A DNA stretch of 62,247 bases, the filler included, from Choristocarpus tenellus KU-1152 (Eukaryota > Protista > Phaeophyceae): NCBI GenBank assembly GCA_964200185.2. It is 10 parts of 10 records of this genome, joined end to end, with 100 filler letters (N's around TTAATTAATTAA, not from the genome) between each part and the next. Parts side by side here need not be neighbours in the genome. Positions count along the whole stretch, not along the records: positions 25,907 to 28,954 come from CAXNAD020022707.1; positions 29,055 to 39,931 come from CAXNAD020002655.1; 8 more parts are not named here. The stretch is one strand, 5' to 3'. The position numbers were made by a program, and so were the translations under genes. This document shows positions 27,300 through 39,033 of the stretch, piece by piece. Under the pieces are notes generated by a model. It ran no database searches. It had not been told where the DNA came from and was given only the letters and a program-made list of their open reading frames with translations. The number at the start of each line of letters is the position of its first letter. Position 1 is the stretch's first letter.

Positions 27300-27830
27300 C
27301 AAATCTCCCTCACACCTTGAGAGGGACCTCATTGCGTGGGAAACAGTGAGTGCAAAGAGAGGGGTAGGCAGTGGTAGATTGCTAGTGGACGTTGGCTGCT
27401 GAGGGTGCCGAATGCACACAAAGTCAATTGTCCCTCAGGGATACTCCCCGGCCTAGTATGTGGCACCAGACACAAGCAAAGTTAAATTCTCCTTACGAGA
27501 GAATTGAGGCGAATACACGCAAATGGAGGTTTCCATTGGTTGGTTTTGTGACTCGCATGGGTGATGCTCGCTTGCCCAACAAAGTTGATTTTCGGGGAGC
27601 TTGTAGAGAAGGGATAGAAGAGAAGATAGGGGGACTGATAAAAAAACCGGTGGTGGTGCCTCCCAAGTGACCTTGAGTGTTTTGACATACCAGCTTGGAG
27701 TGGGGTTTACTTTCTGTGGATCCAAACCTGTGGTACAGGTGTGTGGAGGGTGAAGCAAAAGACTTCATAGGCGTCTGGCATACTAGAGAGGCCAAAGCAA
27801 GAGCAGCTCACCGCTTGAAAGTCGCCACAG
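27300..27830 (+). mobile_element. RTE-clade LINE, 3' ORF remnant
   Basis: IEANTRKWRFPLVGFVTRMGDARLPNKV.F..W..VEGEAKDFIGVWH matches the RTE post-RT pattern (R.RW.GHV.RM...RLPK...G). Confidence 0.75.
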
Positions 27831-28238
27831 TTGTCATCACATGTGACGATATTTACAGAGCTTTTGGTTTGGTATGGGTCGGACCTAGGATACCTTCCTT
27901 GGTACTAGTGGTGGTATCTACATGTTGCTGGTAGGTGTACAGGAACATTTCATCTGTTTTTTCTGCTGTGCAATTGTTAGTGGGTATACACCCCTCCTTG
28001 GATATATCGTTTGAACTAAATGTAGTGCTTAAATGCTGGAGTCGATACCTACAATTTTTGTGGGGGGGGGAACTTGAACGCTGGGCCTTTCTCTTTATGT
28101 ACGGTGTTGAATTATTGTTCAACATATTTCTCACTTTTACCCAGTATGTATTCATGCATTTATCTACTCTTGCTACTTCTGTATTATTTCTGTATTTTCC
28201 TCGTAGGTTTTCCTTGTAGGTTTGTATATCTCTGCTTG

Positions 28239-28499
28239 GAGTCAAAGTATCTTAGAGGGCAGAGTCGCGTCCATATAGGGGCCAAAGTCTAGTGTTGCGT
28301 TTTTGATGTGCTTTTGGCTATCATGTTTGTTACGAAGTGTCAATATCCTTGTTCCAGACACACCTTTCTCATAACGCATACATTTTACCTCCTCTGAACC
28401 ATTTTGGAGTAGGAAAATGTCATTAAAAAAAACTGTGGGAACCCAAGCCCCAAACGGACAAACAGGGCAAAAATCGTACCCTTTAAGATACTTTCACTC
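28239..28499 (+). mobile_element. MITE family A, full length, TSD CTTG
   Basis: GAGTCAAAGTATCTTAGAGGG...CCCTTTAAGATACTTTCACTC; CTTG at 28235-28238 and 28500-28503. Confidence 0.95.
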
Positions 28500-28872
28500 C
28501 TTGTTATCAATAGAGTTCATTTTTCTGACCCTCTTGATGTTGTAGGCTTTCTGACTACGGGTCTGCGTTTGTTTAATGTTGCTTTTTCTCCGCAACAACT
28601 CCTGCCAAATGCTTGAGCACCATTGCATCATGCATTGAACCGACATGTGATAATCGATCAACCAACCAATCAATCAACATAGGAACAGCGATCTATTGGG
28701 AGGCCACCATGCCGCACCTCTAGAAAGTGTGCATATAGAACATAAATGACGCTCCCTCCCATCCCCCAAAAGCAAGGGTACTGGATAATCAGTTTGCACT
28801 TCCTCCTCTCTGCTTCGAAGCAAAAGCAATGGTCAAATTCAGGCTACATCTGCTCAAAGTGCTCAAATTATT

Positions 28873-28954
28873 GAGTGAAAGTATCTTAGAGGGTAGGAGT
28901 TTTGCCCTGTTTGTCCATTTGTGACTTGACTTCCCATGGCGTATTTTTATGAAA
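28873..28954 (-). mobile_element. MITE family A, long-spacer end truncated at contig end
   Basis: GAGTGAAAGTATCT-26 bp-GTCCATTTG. Confidence 0.9.
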
Positions 28955-29779
28955 NNNNNNNNNNNNNNNNNNNNNNNNNNNNNNNNNNNNNNNNNNNNTT
29001 AATTAATTAANNNNNNNNNNNNNNNNNNNNNNNNNNNNNNNNNNNNNNNNNNNNTGATTCACAGGGTGCATAGGCCTAATAAACATCCTATTACTAGCCT
29101 CGTACCTTCCACGCGTGACCCTTTAACGAAGTGGTCACCTCTACATCATCCTACGATAAGCCCTCACTGTTCGAGTTTCTTACCGTATGGATTGGGGCGA
29201 ACGATATCAGCAGCAGAAAACAACCCATTCACTCTATCACCGATCGATATAGACCTGATATCTGTCCCAGCTCTACATCTCAAGCGATATCCAACCTGCA
29301 ATCACTCTACAAGATTGTCTCGGGCACACTACCCCTACCCTGACCCAATATCTTTTATTTCTATCATGGACTCGATGGGATAACCATGTTTGTGATATAA
29401 ACCGCCCACTCTACTACTTGGCCCCGTCTACCCTTTAGACTGTCACTCCGCAGAGTCCTCGACCCTCTTTTGTTTTTGCTATACCAACCTATAAAGTACT
29501 AACACCTACTCCCATCTCTACCAGGACCACTACCGTCAGCATCGTCCCGATTCAACACTTATGCGTCTATCCTATTTCACTTCACCATAACATCGTCAGT
29601 TCTCCGTTATTTCTCTCTGGATTACCCCGGATATCTCCTTGCATTGTGTCTCAATCTGCCCACTTCACCACCCATCCATGTCCAATTCCTACCATACACC
29701 AATCTACATTTTTTTTTCAAATTCTTCATCCCCCGTACCTTGTGGGCCTTTTCCTACCATTTATATATCTGATTTCAAG

Positions 29780-30145
29780 CATTCCAGCCTTTCCCACAGG
29801 GCCTTTCTCGTTCAACAGTAGGAAAGGTTGCTCGGGTGTTGCCTTGTTCTATTCCGGGTAGAGATTGCTCGGAGGTTGTCTTGTTCTAGCCCTCCTCTTC
29901 CTTTACCACCAGTCCTAGGTTTTCTTTACATACTGACCATTCCTTCTTACCTTGTGCCTCCCCCTACCCCCCATTTCTTTAACTTCTCTCCTACCTCTTC
30001 TGCCTCCTACCCACTCAGTACTTAACTGTTGGTTCACCCCTTGACTACTTTTCTTTTTCCTTCACCTCTCCCTTCCCTCTACCACAATCCTACCAGAATT
30101 CTTCCCCCGCCCACAAAACTCAGATTACTTCATAAGATTTCCATA
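29780..30145 (+). mobile_element. Second copy of the 3' region of the DIRS-like element
   Basis: CCAGAATTCTTCC..CCCACAAAACTCAGATTACTTCATA and CCACTCAGTACT are reverse complements of sequence in 43660-44000. Confidence 0.65.
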
Positions 30146-30285
30146 TCATGCTCTTGGATTGTTCAAAATAATACTAATTATGATATTTTGATGTTGATGT
30201 GTTGTTTTGTATGACGCGTGTTTGTAAAATCACCACACATTTCACATCCTCCAAACTACATGATTTATACACAAGGAAACCTGCT

Positions 30286-30335
30286 TAGGGTCAAAAACGG
30301 ACGCCGCCCCCTCCCCCCCCCAGATACACTGACCC
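30286..30335 (-). mobile_element. MITE family B-type short-spacer end (solo)
   Basis: AAAACGGAC-19 bp-AGATACACTGACCC. Confidence 0.75.
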
Positions 30336-32931
30336 TAGTCCTTCTTTGTCCTAGATTCGCGAAAAATGCCTTCCAAGTTTTTGACTATCTCACCACCTAC
30401 CATCTATTATGTACAAGAAGACAGGAAATTGACTATCACACGCACAACAGCAAATGATAAATGATATAACTCCTAAGCCAGCAGCAGGAACAACTGTAAA
30501 ATAAATTCTTTTCAAAATACTCACAATTTCTTCCCTACACAACTTTCTATATCATGACTTACAACCCGCAATTCCTACATTATTATGTTGTTGCCATCAT
30601 TGCCATTCACCAATAATTAGCAGTGTTTCATACTCCCAGTTGTAGACTAAAACAACACATACCACGTACAGCACTACTTGAAGAGGAAAACTGTAGCACA
30701 ATTCCACTCAGTTGCAGTGCACAAACACGATGGATAATAACAATGATCAATTGCAAAGATTGAAAATTGTGACCTAACAATAGACGCACAAAGACACGTA
30801 CGACAACATGTCAGAAGAAACTTATTTTGAAAGAAAAAAAGCTGAGCTTGCTTTTGAAGCGTGGGGCTTGAGGACCCTCCAAACAGGTGAAGCGGAATAC
30901 GGAGATGGAGCTTGAAGCACTGGGTCTTTGTGCAACAATTCATTACAATTAATTACTTTACTCCTAGTACATGGAACAGCCGATTTCAAAAATTGAGGAT
31001 GGGCTTGACCCAAAATTCACTGGGACAAAGTGTCGATAATATGTTTTTTTTGTAATATATTAGTGGATCAAAGCAGTTCATGTGTACAAATGAAAAGTTT
31101 AGTAAACTGTGATACGTGCAATCTCTCCTGTTACGCATAATACAAAAGTACACTGAAAAGAGGTCATGGATCCTCCTTTCTAATATAATCTTTCAGAACT
31201 CTGATGAGTACATTGTTGTTTCAAGTTAAGCATTTTCGACATTCACAAAATTTGTTCGACGTAGAACCGAGGTTATGGTATGAACACACAAAAACTGGTT
31301 ATTTTAGTAGTTGGGACTGGATGAAATTTTCGTTTTTCACAACCATTTTCTGTGCACAAATATATATCCATCCTCTCAAAAAAATCCTATGACTACGTAC
31401 GGTTCGAAATTACTGGTTGCGCTCGAAGGTACATGAGGCATGCATCTCTTTCAGCTGACGAAAAAAGTAGAGCATTTTTGCTCTTTCAAATCTCTTCAAA
31501 CATCTACAGAGATAGAGAGAGAGTAGGGTAGGTGCGGTAGATTATAGTAACTCATTCATACACCCACTGTTTCATATCTTTGCTTCTTCTCTGCACTACC
31601 TTTCCACCACATGTCTAGGAGGATTTGGTAGCTGTAGCAACAGAATTTCTGCTTAGGTCGATCTACTAGTTGACTTGAAACAAAAATAGAACATCGATTG
31701 TTCTTGTAACAGAGTTGATCCCAGGTTCTAAAACGGCTTCACCTTTCCAGTCATTTATTTACACTTCGTATCAACACAGAAACGGATGTCACTTGGGCAT
31801 TATGACTAATGCAACTACCCAACAGTGCATGTCTGAATGTGCTGCTGACTAAACCTAAACCCTTCCAAAAATGCTACGTGAATCTGAAATGGAGGAAAAC
31901 CTGTTGGTGCTTTCGTACTCTATAGTAGCAGTACAATATGATTATATTAGAGCAAGTGGTTTCAGTTAAATGCATGAATGCAATACTAAACAACTCAAGT
32001 AAAGATAAAGCAGCATCAAAGAGAAGTAAAAGAAGATTAGAGTATTTAACGAGAAGAATAAACAGCGGCAGGAAGTAATTGGAACACAACACGAACATGG
32101 AACTTGAAGGAGATTACGATGCGAACAGAACAAATAAGGAGAAACGAAGAGATAAACAGAAACATTAAATGACAACAGGAGGATAGAGGCGTGGTAGCAC
32201 TATTCTTTTTTTCCCATCGATTTTCACGAATATCATGCCGAACAATAATATAGAGCAACCTCTCTTGGATCCACACCTTAGACGTTCACACTTCTGCTCT
32301 TTGTTAAAGATCTCTCTCATCTTGAACAAATTGTGGATGTACTCTATGAAAACCATCATAGGGCGAAGCAGTCACGATCACTCATGTATTTCTACATAGT
32401 TCCCATAGCTTCAGCAAAAGAAGTCGATCTATGCCTTTCATCTTTCAACAAAAACTGAAAACTCAACTATCACCAAAAAAGAGAAGATGGCAAGTAACGT
32501 CCACACACAAAGCAAACACAAGAACATTAAACCCTTCACCAACCAACCCTCTTTCCTGATATATACAACTAGCTCAACAAAACTATGCGAAAGATCAATC
32601 AGTATTGTTAACAGATCATTATCCCACTGGAGAATCTATCATTACTCGTGATTTTCAAGTCAGATCCTGGAATACATGGGTGCTACAAACAGTTCTCTCC
32701 ACCCTACTGGAAAATGAAACAAAACATATGTGTAGACAGACACAACACCTCACATACTCTTTCAAATATTTCACACTCTTCAATCTTGTCTCTGTAAGAG
32801 CTTTTGACCTTCTACCAGTTAAGTACCATTCGACAAAAAAAACTTGAATCGTGTTCATGAGGTGCTGAGTTCTTTCTAATACCAAATTAAACGAACCAGT
32901 ACAGACACGAAAGTTACATTCAAATAGTCAT

Positions 32932-35900
32932 TTACAAGTTTGTCTTGTTATCTAGGGCGTTGCAAACGACCACTTCAAGGTTCTCCCCGTCGTTTACTCT
33001 CAAGTTTCGCACAAGAGGGCTGCCGCTACACTGTTTGAAAACTATTGCTTTCTTGTGGTCCATACGACGTTTTCCCCAAATCTGAACCATTCGATGCCCT
33101 TCCTCTTGCACCTGTTGTGTTACCCATACAACAACCGTACTTTTAATGCTTAATATGCGCTCTTCACTATTACCACCTTCAATTTCACAGCTGAACACAC
33201 GAGTTCCTGAATCTGTCCAATTTCCTTCCACATTTACCTCACCACCTTGAAAAACACTTAAGGCTGCCCCAAAACGAGTTGGTTTGAATTTCGACTCAGA
33301 GCTATCCCTATATAAGACAGTGACGTCTTGCTTCTGACCATCTTTCTCAAAGCCATTATTGACAAAAAGGAACCCACATTTTCTGCTCTTATGATCCAAT
33401 TCCTCAGTGTCAACAATCGCAACATTATCGTTCTCGTTGATAGGCCTCGCAACACTGAATTTAGTGAAGTGAGGTACCAACACTTGAAGAAAAAAGGTCT
33501 TCCCCACTTGGACAACCTCTGACGCACATGGACCCCACTTCTTACCACCCTCTTCTTGGACCAACACTCCAAATTCCTCCCTCAGGTACTTCTTGTAAGC
33601 TTCCTCTTTATCCACAATACCATCTTCATCATCTGATCCAGCATTCATTCTCTCTTCATCTCCAACAGGAAACCGCAGCCGAAGTGGTGAGGAAAATTCC
33701 AACCCTTTGCTTGCTAAACATGTCACCACAGGATGCAGCAAGTAACGTTTCCCGTCCAAAGTAGCTGTGCTTGATGACATGGTCACAAGTCCAGGGATCC
33801 CATCCCTCATTGAGGTAAACAGTTCGAAGTCAGGAGACCCCAAACTCTCATCATCTGGTCCTAGTTGCCATGCCACCACTTTCCCAGTGACACCTGCCAT
33901 TGTGTAAGGATAGTGCGAGAACTGAAGACATGCATGACTAAATACTGCCATAATTGTATTTCACATCATATTCTACCACATACTACTATCAATCATGGCA
34001 CCAGCATTTAACATCAAACATTGGGTAGTATCTAGGGGGTGGGGGTAGCCTCGACTGTCCATTTTGGATCAACATTTTCATGTCATGATTTTTGCGTGAT
34101 TTGGTGGCATACGTCAGATGAATAGTGTAAGTGCACTTTTCCTGGTATGGTCCACATGGGCACCCTGGTGTAGAACTCCCCCCCCGCCAGATACTTTGGG
34201 TCGGAAGAACAAACCTGTCAGTCGTGACTTCGGCACAAAGTCCTCCAATGATGTCATTGCTGGATATTTCTCCCGCTTCATTTTCCCCATTGGGTAAGAG
34301 ACCAATTCTGCATGTTACAGGCAACCCATAGAGAGGAAACCACTGTCAAATACATTATTTTATGTAGCAGCAGATATGTTTCTTTCTGAAGTGATGTAGA
34401 ATAAGCAGAATCTGCAAAGTACATATTGAAAAAGAACAAATAGAGAGAGGAAAAAAACAAACCTGTTCTCATTCCTGAACCTTTCCCCACATCTCCATCC
34501 TTTGTCTTCAGAACATCCCAGTCATCTGTAGTTACGCTCATCCTTGATCCAGTCATCATATACGTCAAAGTATCTGTGGGAGGGGGGGGGGTGTCGGCGT
34601 CCGTTTTTCACTCTTTTTTCCATTTTCACTTTTTTGGTGTGATTTGGTCGCACATGTCGGATTTGAAATGTCAGCAAAAAAAGAGTTGATTGAAACAGAC
34701 GCCCCCTCACAAACCACCCCCTCCCAGATACTTTGACCCTTATCCATAGCTGGACCTTGCAAATGTCGGTGGAAATAATAGAGAATATGATAGACAAGCG
34801 AAAACCGCAAAATACCATGTACAAATCACAGATATATGGCCTACCCAGAGCAGGAACAGCATGGTGATATTAAGGGTGTAACAAAAAATGAAGAGAGAGC
34901 AAGAACACGAACCTGTTTCCAGTCCTGAGACCTTCCCCACATCTCCATCCTTTGTCTTCAGAACATCCCAGTCATCTGTAGCTTGACGCATCCTTGATCC
35001 CGCATACTTATCCATAGCAGAGCCTTACAAATGTCAGTGGGAATGAGAGAAAAAATAATTGAAAATGAGAACCGCAATATATGGCCTACCCAGAGTAGGG
35101 GTAGCATGGTCAAGATACTTCCAGAGGGTGGACTCAGCAATCCCTGATTTTGTTCTTTGAACATCCAAACTTTGTTGTACCAGTTGAACATTTCCATTTC
35201 ATACCTTACACACACCAACAACAAGCTACAAATGAACGGATAAATACTTATTGTGTAACCAAATATTGAACAAAGTGAAAAAAATCCCATCTGTACATTA
35301 GGTACTTCATCACAGTTTAGTGCAAATTATCAGTCTCCAAACTGTAAAGGACAGCACAAATAGGTTGACAATGACAGGCGTGACACTATGCTGATGACAA
35401 CAACGTACCACAATACAGACAGAACAGATATGAGATGTTTGAAAGTATCAACTTTACACACGAAACCACGACATAGATACAACCAAACAACAAAATATAT
35501 GCTTCTCTTTGCTTAACATCAAAACAAGTCAAACTTTCTATGTTCAAGGTTATTAACACCACCCAACCTACTCCTTACCGTCCAGCAAGACCTTGCTAAG
35601 GGCCCTAACCTGTTCAGCAGTAGGAAGTACACCTGTCCAATAAAAACGAACGTGCGTTTCAGATTATTTTTATTGACATCAGAACAATAGTAGTATTCAC
35701 ATTATAATTGCACCAAGTGTATACAACCCCATCCTCAAAGTCAACAAACTACATACAACATTGACACGTCCGAAGTAATCTTACCTTTGCACTTAACATT
35801 AACAACACAATCATACACAAAATGAGCAACTAAAACACACATCACTAACGATTCACAACAAACCACCTACACCACTTCACATCAATGCACCTCACCCGTG

Positions 35901-38900
35901 TGAGAATGTACATTCATAGCTTACAGATAAATTAAATATTTAATCAACAATAAAAAGTAATCTTCAACCTACAGGCCCCTCATCTAATCCCTTCTAATCT
36001 TGTACATCAAAACATCTACCTCAACAGTACACATACAATTAACAAAAAAATGATCTTTGCTTTTATACACCACACAACAAACAACACAAATTCTAAATAC
36101 ACCAGACAGCGCTACATACCTAACCCTAACCCTAACTCACAATTCACATCCATACAGCGAGTACACACACCCTCTATCACCGACAGGTCAATATCATCCA
36201 AACATCAGTTCCCAAAGAATACCAAATCTGATATTTAAACAGTACGCACACAAATCACACAACAAATTGAGTACGTCAAATATATACAAGCAGCTATGTC
36301 AAACCATCCACCTTGCATCTACATACAAACAAACGTACCACTCAGTTGATTGGAGTGGAGATCGAGGACTCTCAGTTCGGACAGTCCACCAAGAGATGGT
36401 GGTATGTCTCCTGTTTGGGGAGAAATATAAGGCACAAACATATTACACATAGGAAGTATGCTTAGCTTTGAACTCGACAACACAATCATACACAAAGTGA
36501 ACGACAACAACAACACACATCACTAACAATTCACAACAAACCACCCACACCGCTTCACATCAATGCACCCCACCTTTGCGAGATACGGAAATAATTTAAT
36601 CTCAAATTGATTGAACTAAGGACATTTTCTTCTTCATTGCTTATTATCTTATTACTTTTGCACTTCTCTTACTTTTGACTACTTTGCAATTCAATAAGTG
36701 GGAAATTGGGGGGGAATGTGAAGAGGAAATAAGAGAGTGTAAAATATGTAGATGTGGGGTCTGACAATAATAATTAGTATCCATATCTCTGCGATTGTGG
36801 CAATACCCAAATGTATTGTGAAAATGCACTATTATGAAGGGACCCTCAAAAAAGACTTGTATGCTAAGTAGCCAGGTCAAAAATGCCACTATTTAGAAAT
36901 AATTATATACATATTCAAGACCACCATAGTTAACTGATATCCGACAAAATACTTGCGTATATTAGTTATTTTTTATTATTAACTACCATTTTTCCTCTCA
37001 TATCAGTTCAGGTCAATAAATTGAAACAAACTCAACAGTCCATGTTGAGAAGCTCTACAACAGTTTTTGTAATGAGTTGGACAATCAAAAATAAAAATGG
37101 ACATCAACAGAAACAACATGCTCCCAAACCAGAGAGGGAGGTAGGCAAGATTGAGGGGGAGGGGGGGGGGATTGTGGGGGTGTTTATTAANNNNNNNNNN
37201 GGGGGGGGTGGGGAGGGGGGAGGGGGGGGGGTGGGGAGTGGGGGGGGGGGGGGTTGGGGTGATTGTGGGGGTGTTTATTAATTTATTATATTGCTGGCTA
37301 AATGGGTTTGTGTTCTTAACTAAAAACATCTTTGCTTTCTGTTATTATTATTCTATTATTACAATATAAATTGGTGGTGTAATAAGCAAACAGGTAAGAC
37401 TGTAAGATGTGCGTAAAACTGACTTCTCGACATCAGTCTTCAACAAACAAAATAAATAAAACTGACAACAATTCCCCTTGTATTTATTTTACTGTAAGCA
37501 CATAGATATTATGCTGGTTCATCGAAGGATCAGGATTGAGAGTATGGAGGACCCGATTAAATTTAATTCGAACAAAGATATACAAACTTCCAGTGCCATA
37601 CGGATGCCAAAAGGACAAACACAAGGTTCCTGTGTATTTCAAGAGCACACTATTCTTTCGACAAACAGATTGATTAGACTATGGAAGGTAGAGTGCAATA
37701 CCAGAAGGGCATGCAATGTTGAAGCATTACATGCTACAAAGATGTCTATGTGCAATGACCGTATTGTGTTAGCAAGACTGTGCTAGAGCAGGTTTTAGAA
37801 GCTATCATTATCATACATATTCGTGTGTCGACAAGATATTTTGATGCAAACAATAGGGTAGTTGTTGGACACTCTTTCACCAAGTGCCCAAACTACCCAA
37901 ACTACCCAAAACAAAGTACCGTATGAGTATATTGAAAGTCGAGGGCACTGACACCTACCAGTCAGTGTCTTCAATAGCATTGATCGCAGTTACCATGTCA
38001 ATCTTCGGTAGTGAGGAATACTCCTAAATGCAGTTTCAAAAGCTAGTCAGAGTATAACATTCATAACATATTTAGGAGAACATACCATACTGGCATTTAC
38101 TATACTTCTATCAGGAAGTATAATCTACTTCATATAATTTAATAGCACATATTTCATGGTTCACAACAGACCTTCCCCCACTAATCCCAAGTGATTATTT
38201 AGCGCACCCGAATCATTATCTCAATTATTTATCCTGCCTTATCTCAAAAGACCTAGGATCTACCACCCACAACTTTGCCAGCTAAGAAGCGTTCCGGATC
38301 ACCCACAAAGTAGAAACTGAGACGCTAGCGGGAAGAGTAATGAGAGGAAAAAAAAGAAAAGAAAGAGTAAAAGAGTAATGAGAGGGAAAAAAAGAAAAGA
38401 AAGAAGAAAAGAGTAATGAGAGTAAAGGAAGATCGAGGATGGATCAATTATGAGCACCTCTCCACCATGGATGTGTTGGCCCAGACTAGAGACTCTACCA
38501 TGTACTACATTTTGTGTTACATTTGCCATGACCACTCAACACACACACACACAATTTGTTCACTATCTCATACAAAACCCATCACCCTATCATCATCACA
38601 AAGAGGACGACATTAAAAAACGGTCACAACTCCTATCCCATGAGAGGGAGTTGTATGGTAGGTATGATCCGGTCCAGACAAAGACACAACCGCTGACAAC
38701 GTCTACCCCCTATTTTCTCAGATGTCAGCACAAGGGAGATGAGGGTGGGGGAAGAAATGTGGTGGGTGATCTTCATCCTGGAAGAGCCAGTTGCAAAGCA
38801 CAGCTTAAAGTAACTCCGATATTTACAAGTTGTCAACTCATGCACTTACCCTTAAGGTTGTTGTTCCGTAGATCGAGTTCAACCACACGTCCTTCCGAGT

Positions 38901-39033
38901 TGACCTTCACGCCATATCGTACACTTAAATCATCTGTCTTGCTTTCCCACCCTTGGTTGTGACGCCACGACGTTCCACCCGTGGAACGAAAGAGGGTATC
39001 CAAGATATTTTCGTCTAGATCGCGTCCTTCCAT
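32932..39033 (-). CDS. LRR / ZU5-like autoproteolysis-motif protein, about 496 aa; exons 39033-38850, 36410-36339, 35632-35579, 34975-34913, 34525-34463, 34307-34215, 33893-32932
   Basis: All introns GT-AG and phase 1; total 1491 nt in frame. N-cap LFRSTGGTSW..W..GVKVNSEGRVVELDLRNNNLKG; 72-nt LRR exon GDIPPSLGGLSELRVLDLHSNQLS; last exon has ZU5-like LLHPVVTC...GLEFSSPLRLRFP and VPHFTKF. Inclusion of the small middle exons is inferred. Confidence 0.75.
34020..34202 (+). mobile_element. MITE family C in the last intron of the LRR-ZU5 gene
   Basis: Degenerate left end AGTATCT..GTCCATTTTGG; right end CCACATGGGC-27 bp-AGATACTTTGGGTC. Confidence 0.88.
34440..35115. repeat. Tandem duplication of a 63-nt exon plus its intron
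   Basis: 34463-34525 (DDWDVLKTKDGDVGKGSGMRT) and 34913-34975 (DDWDVLKTKDGDVGKVSGLET) with duplicated flanking intron. Confidence 0.92.
34562..34739 (+). mobile_element. MITE family B, full length, in an intron of the LRR-ZU5 gene
   Basis: (AC)GTCAAAGTATCT...AGATACTTTGACCC; flanks ATAT / TTAT; the paralogous empty site CATAC-TTAT-CCATAGC is at about 35004-35018. Confidence 0.92.
35780..36575. repeat. Direct intronic repeat of about 115 bp (35780-35897 and 36460-36575) bracketing the 72-nt LRR exon
   Basis: ACAACACAATCATACACAAA..ACACACATCACTAAC.ATTCACAACAAACCACC.ACACC.CTTCACATCAATGCACC occurs twice. Confidence 0.9.

Noticed and set aside
32932-33951. Stand-alone intronless 339-aa gene or horizontally acquired ORF
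   Set aside because: A phase-1 acceptor at 33894-33895 joins it in frame to upstream exons; better explained as a terminal exon
34562-34739. MITEs acting as introner elements
   Set aside because: They lie inside larger introns and their ends do not coincide with splice sites
37150-37270. G-rich tract as a G-quadruplex element or Gly-rich ORF
   Set aside because: It straddles an N10 gap and repeats itself on both sides; probably an assembly artefact
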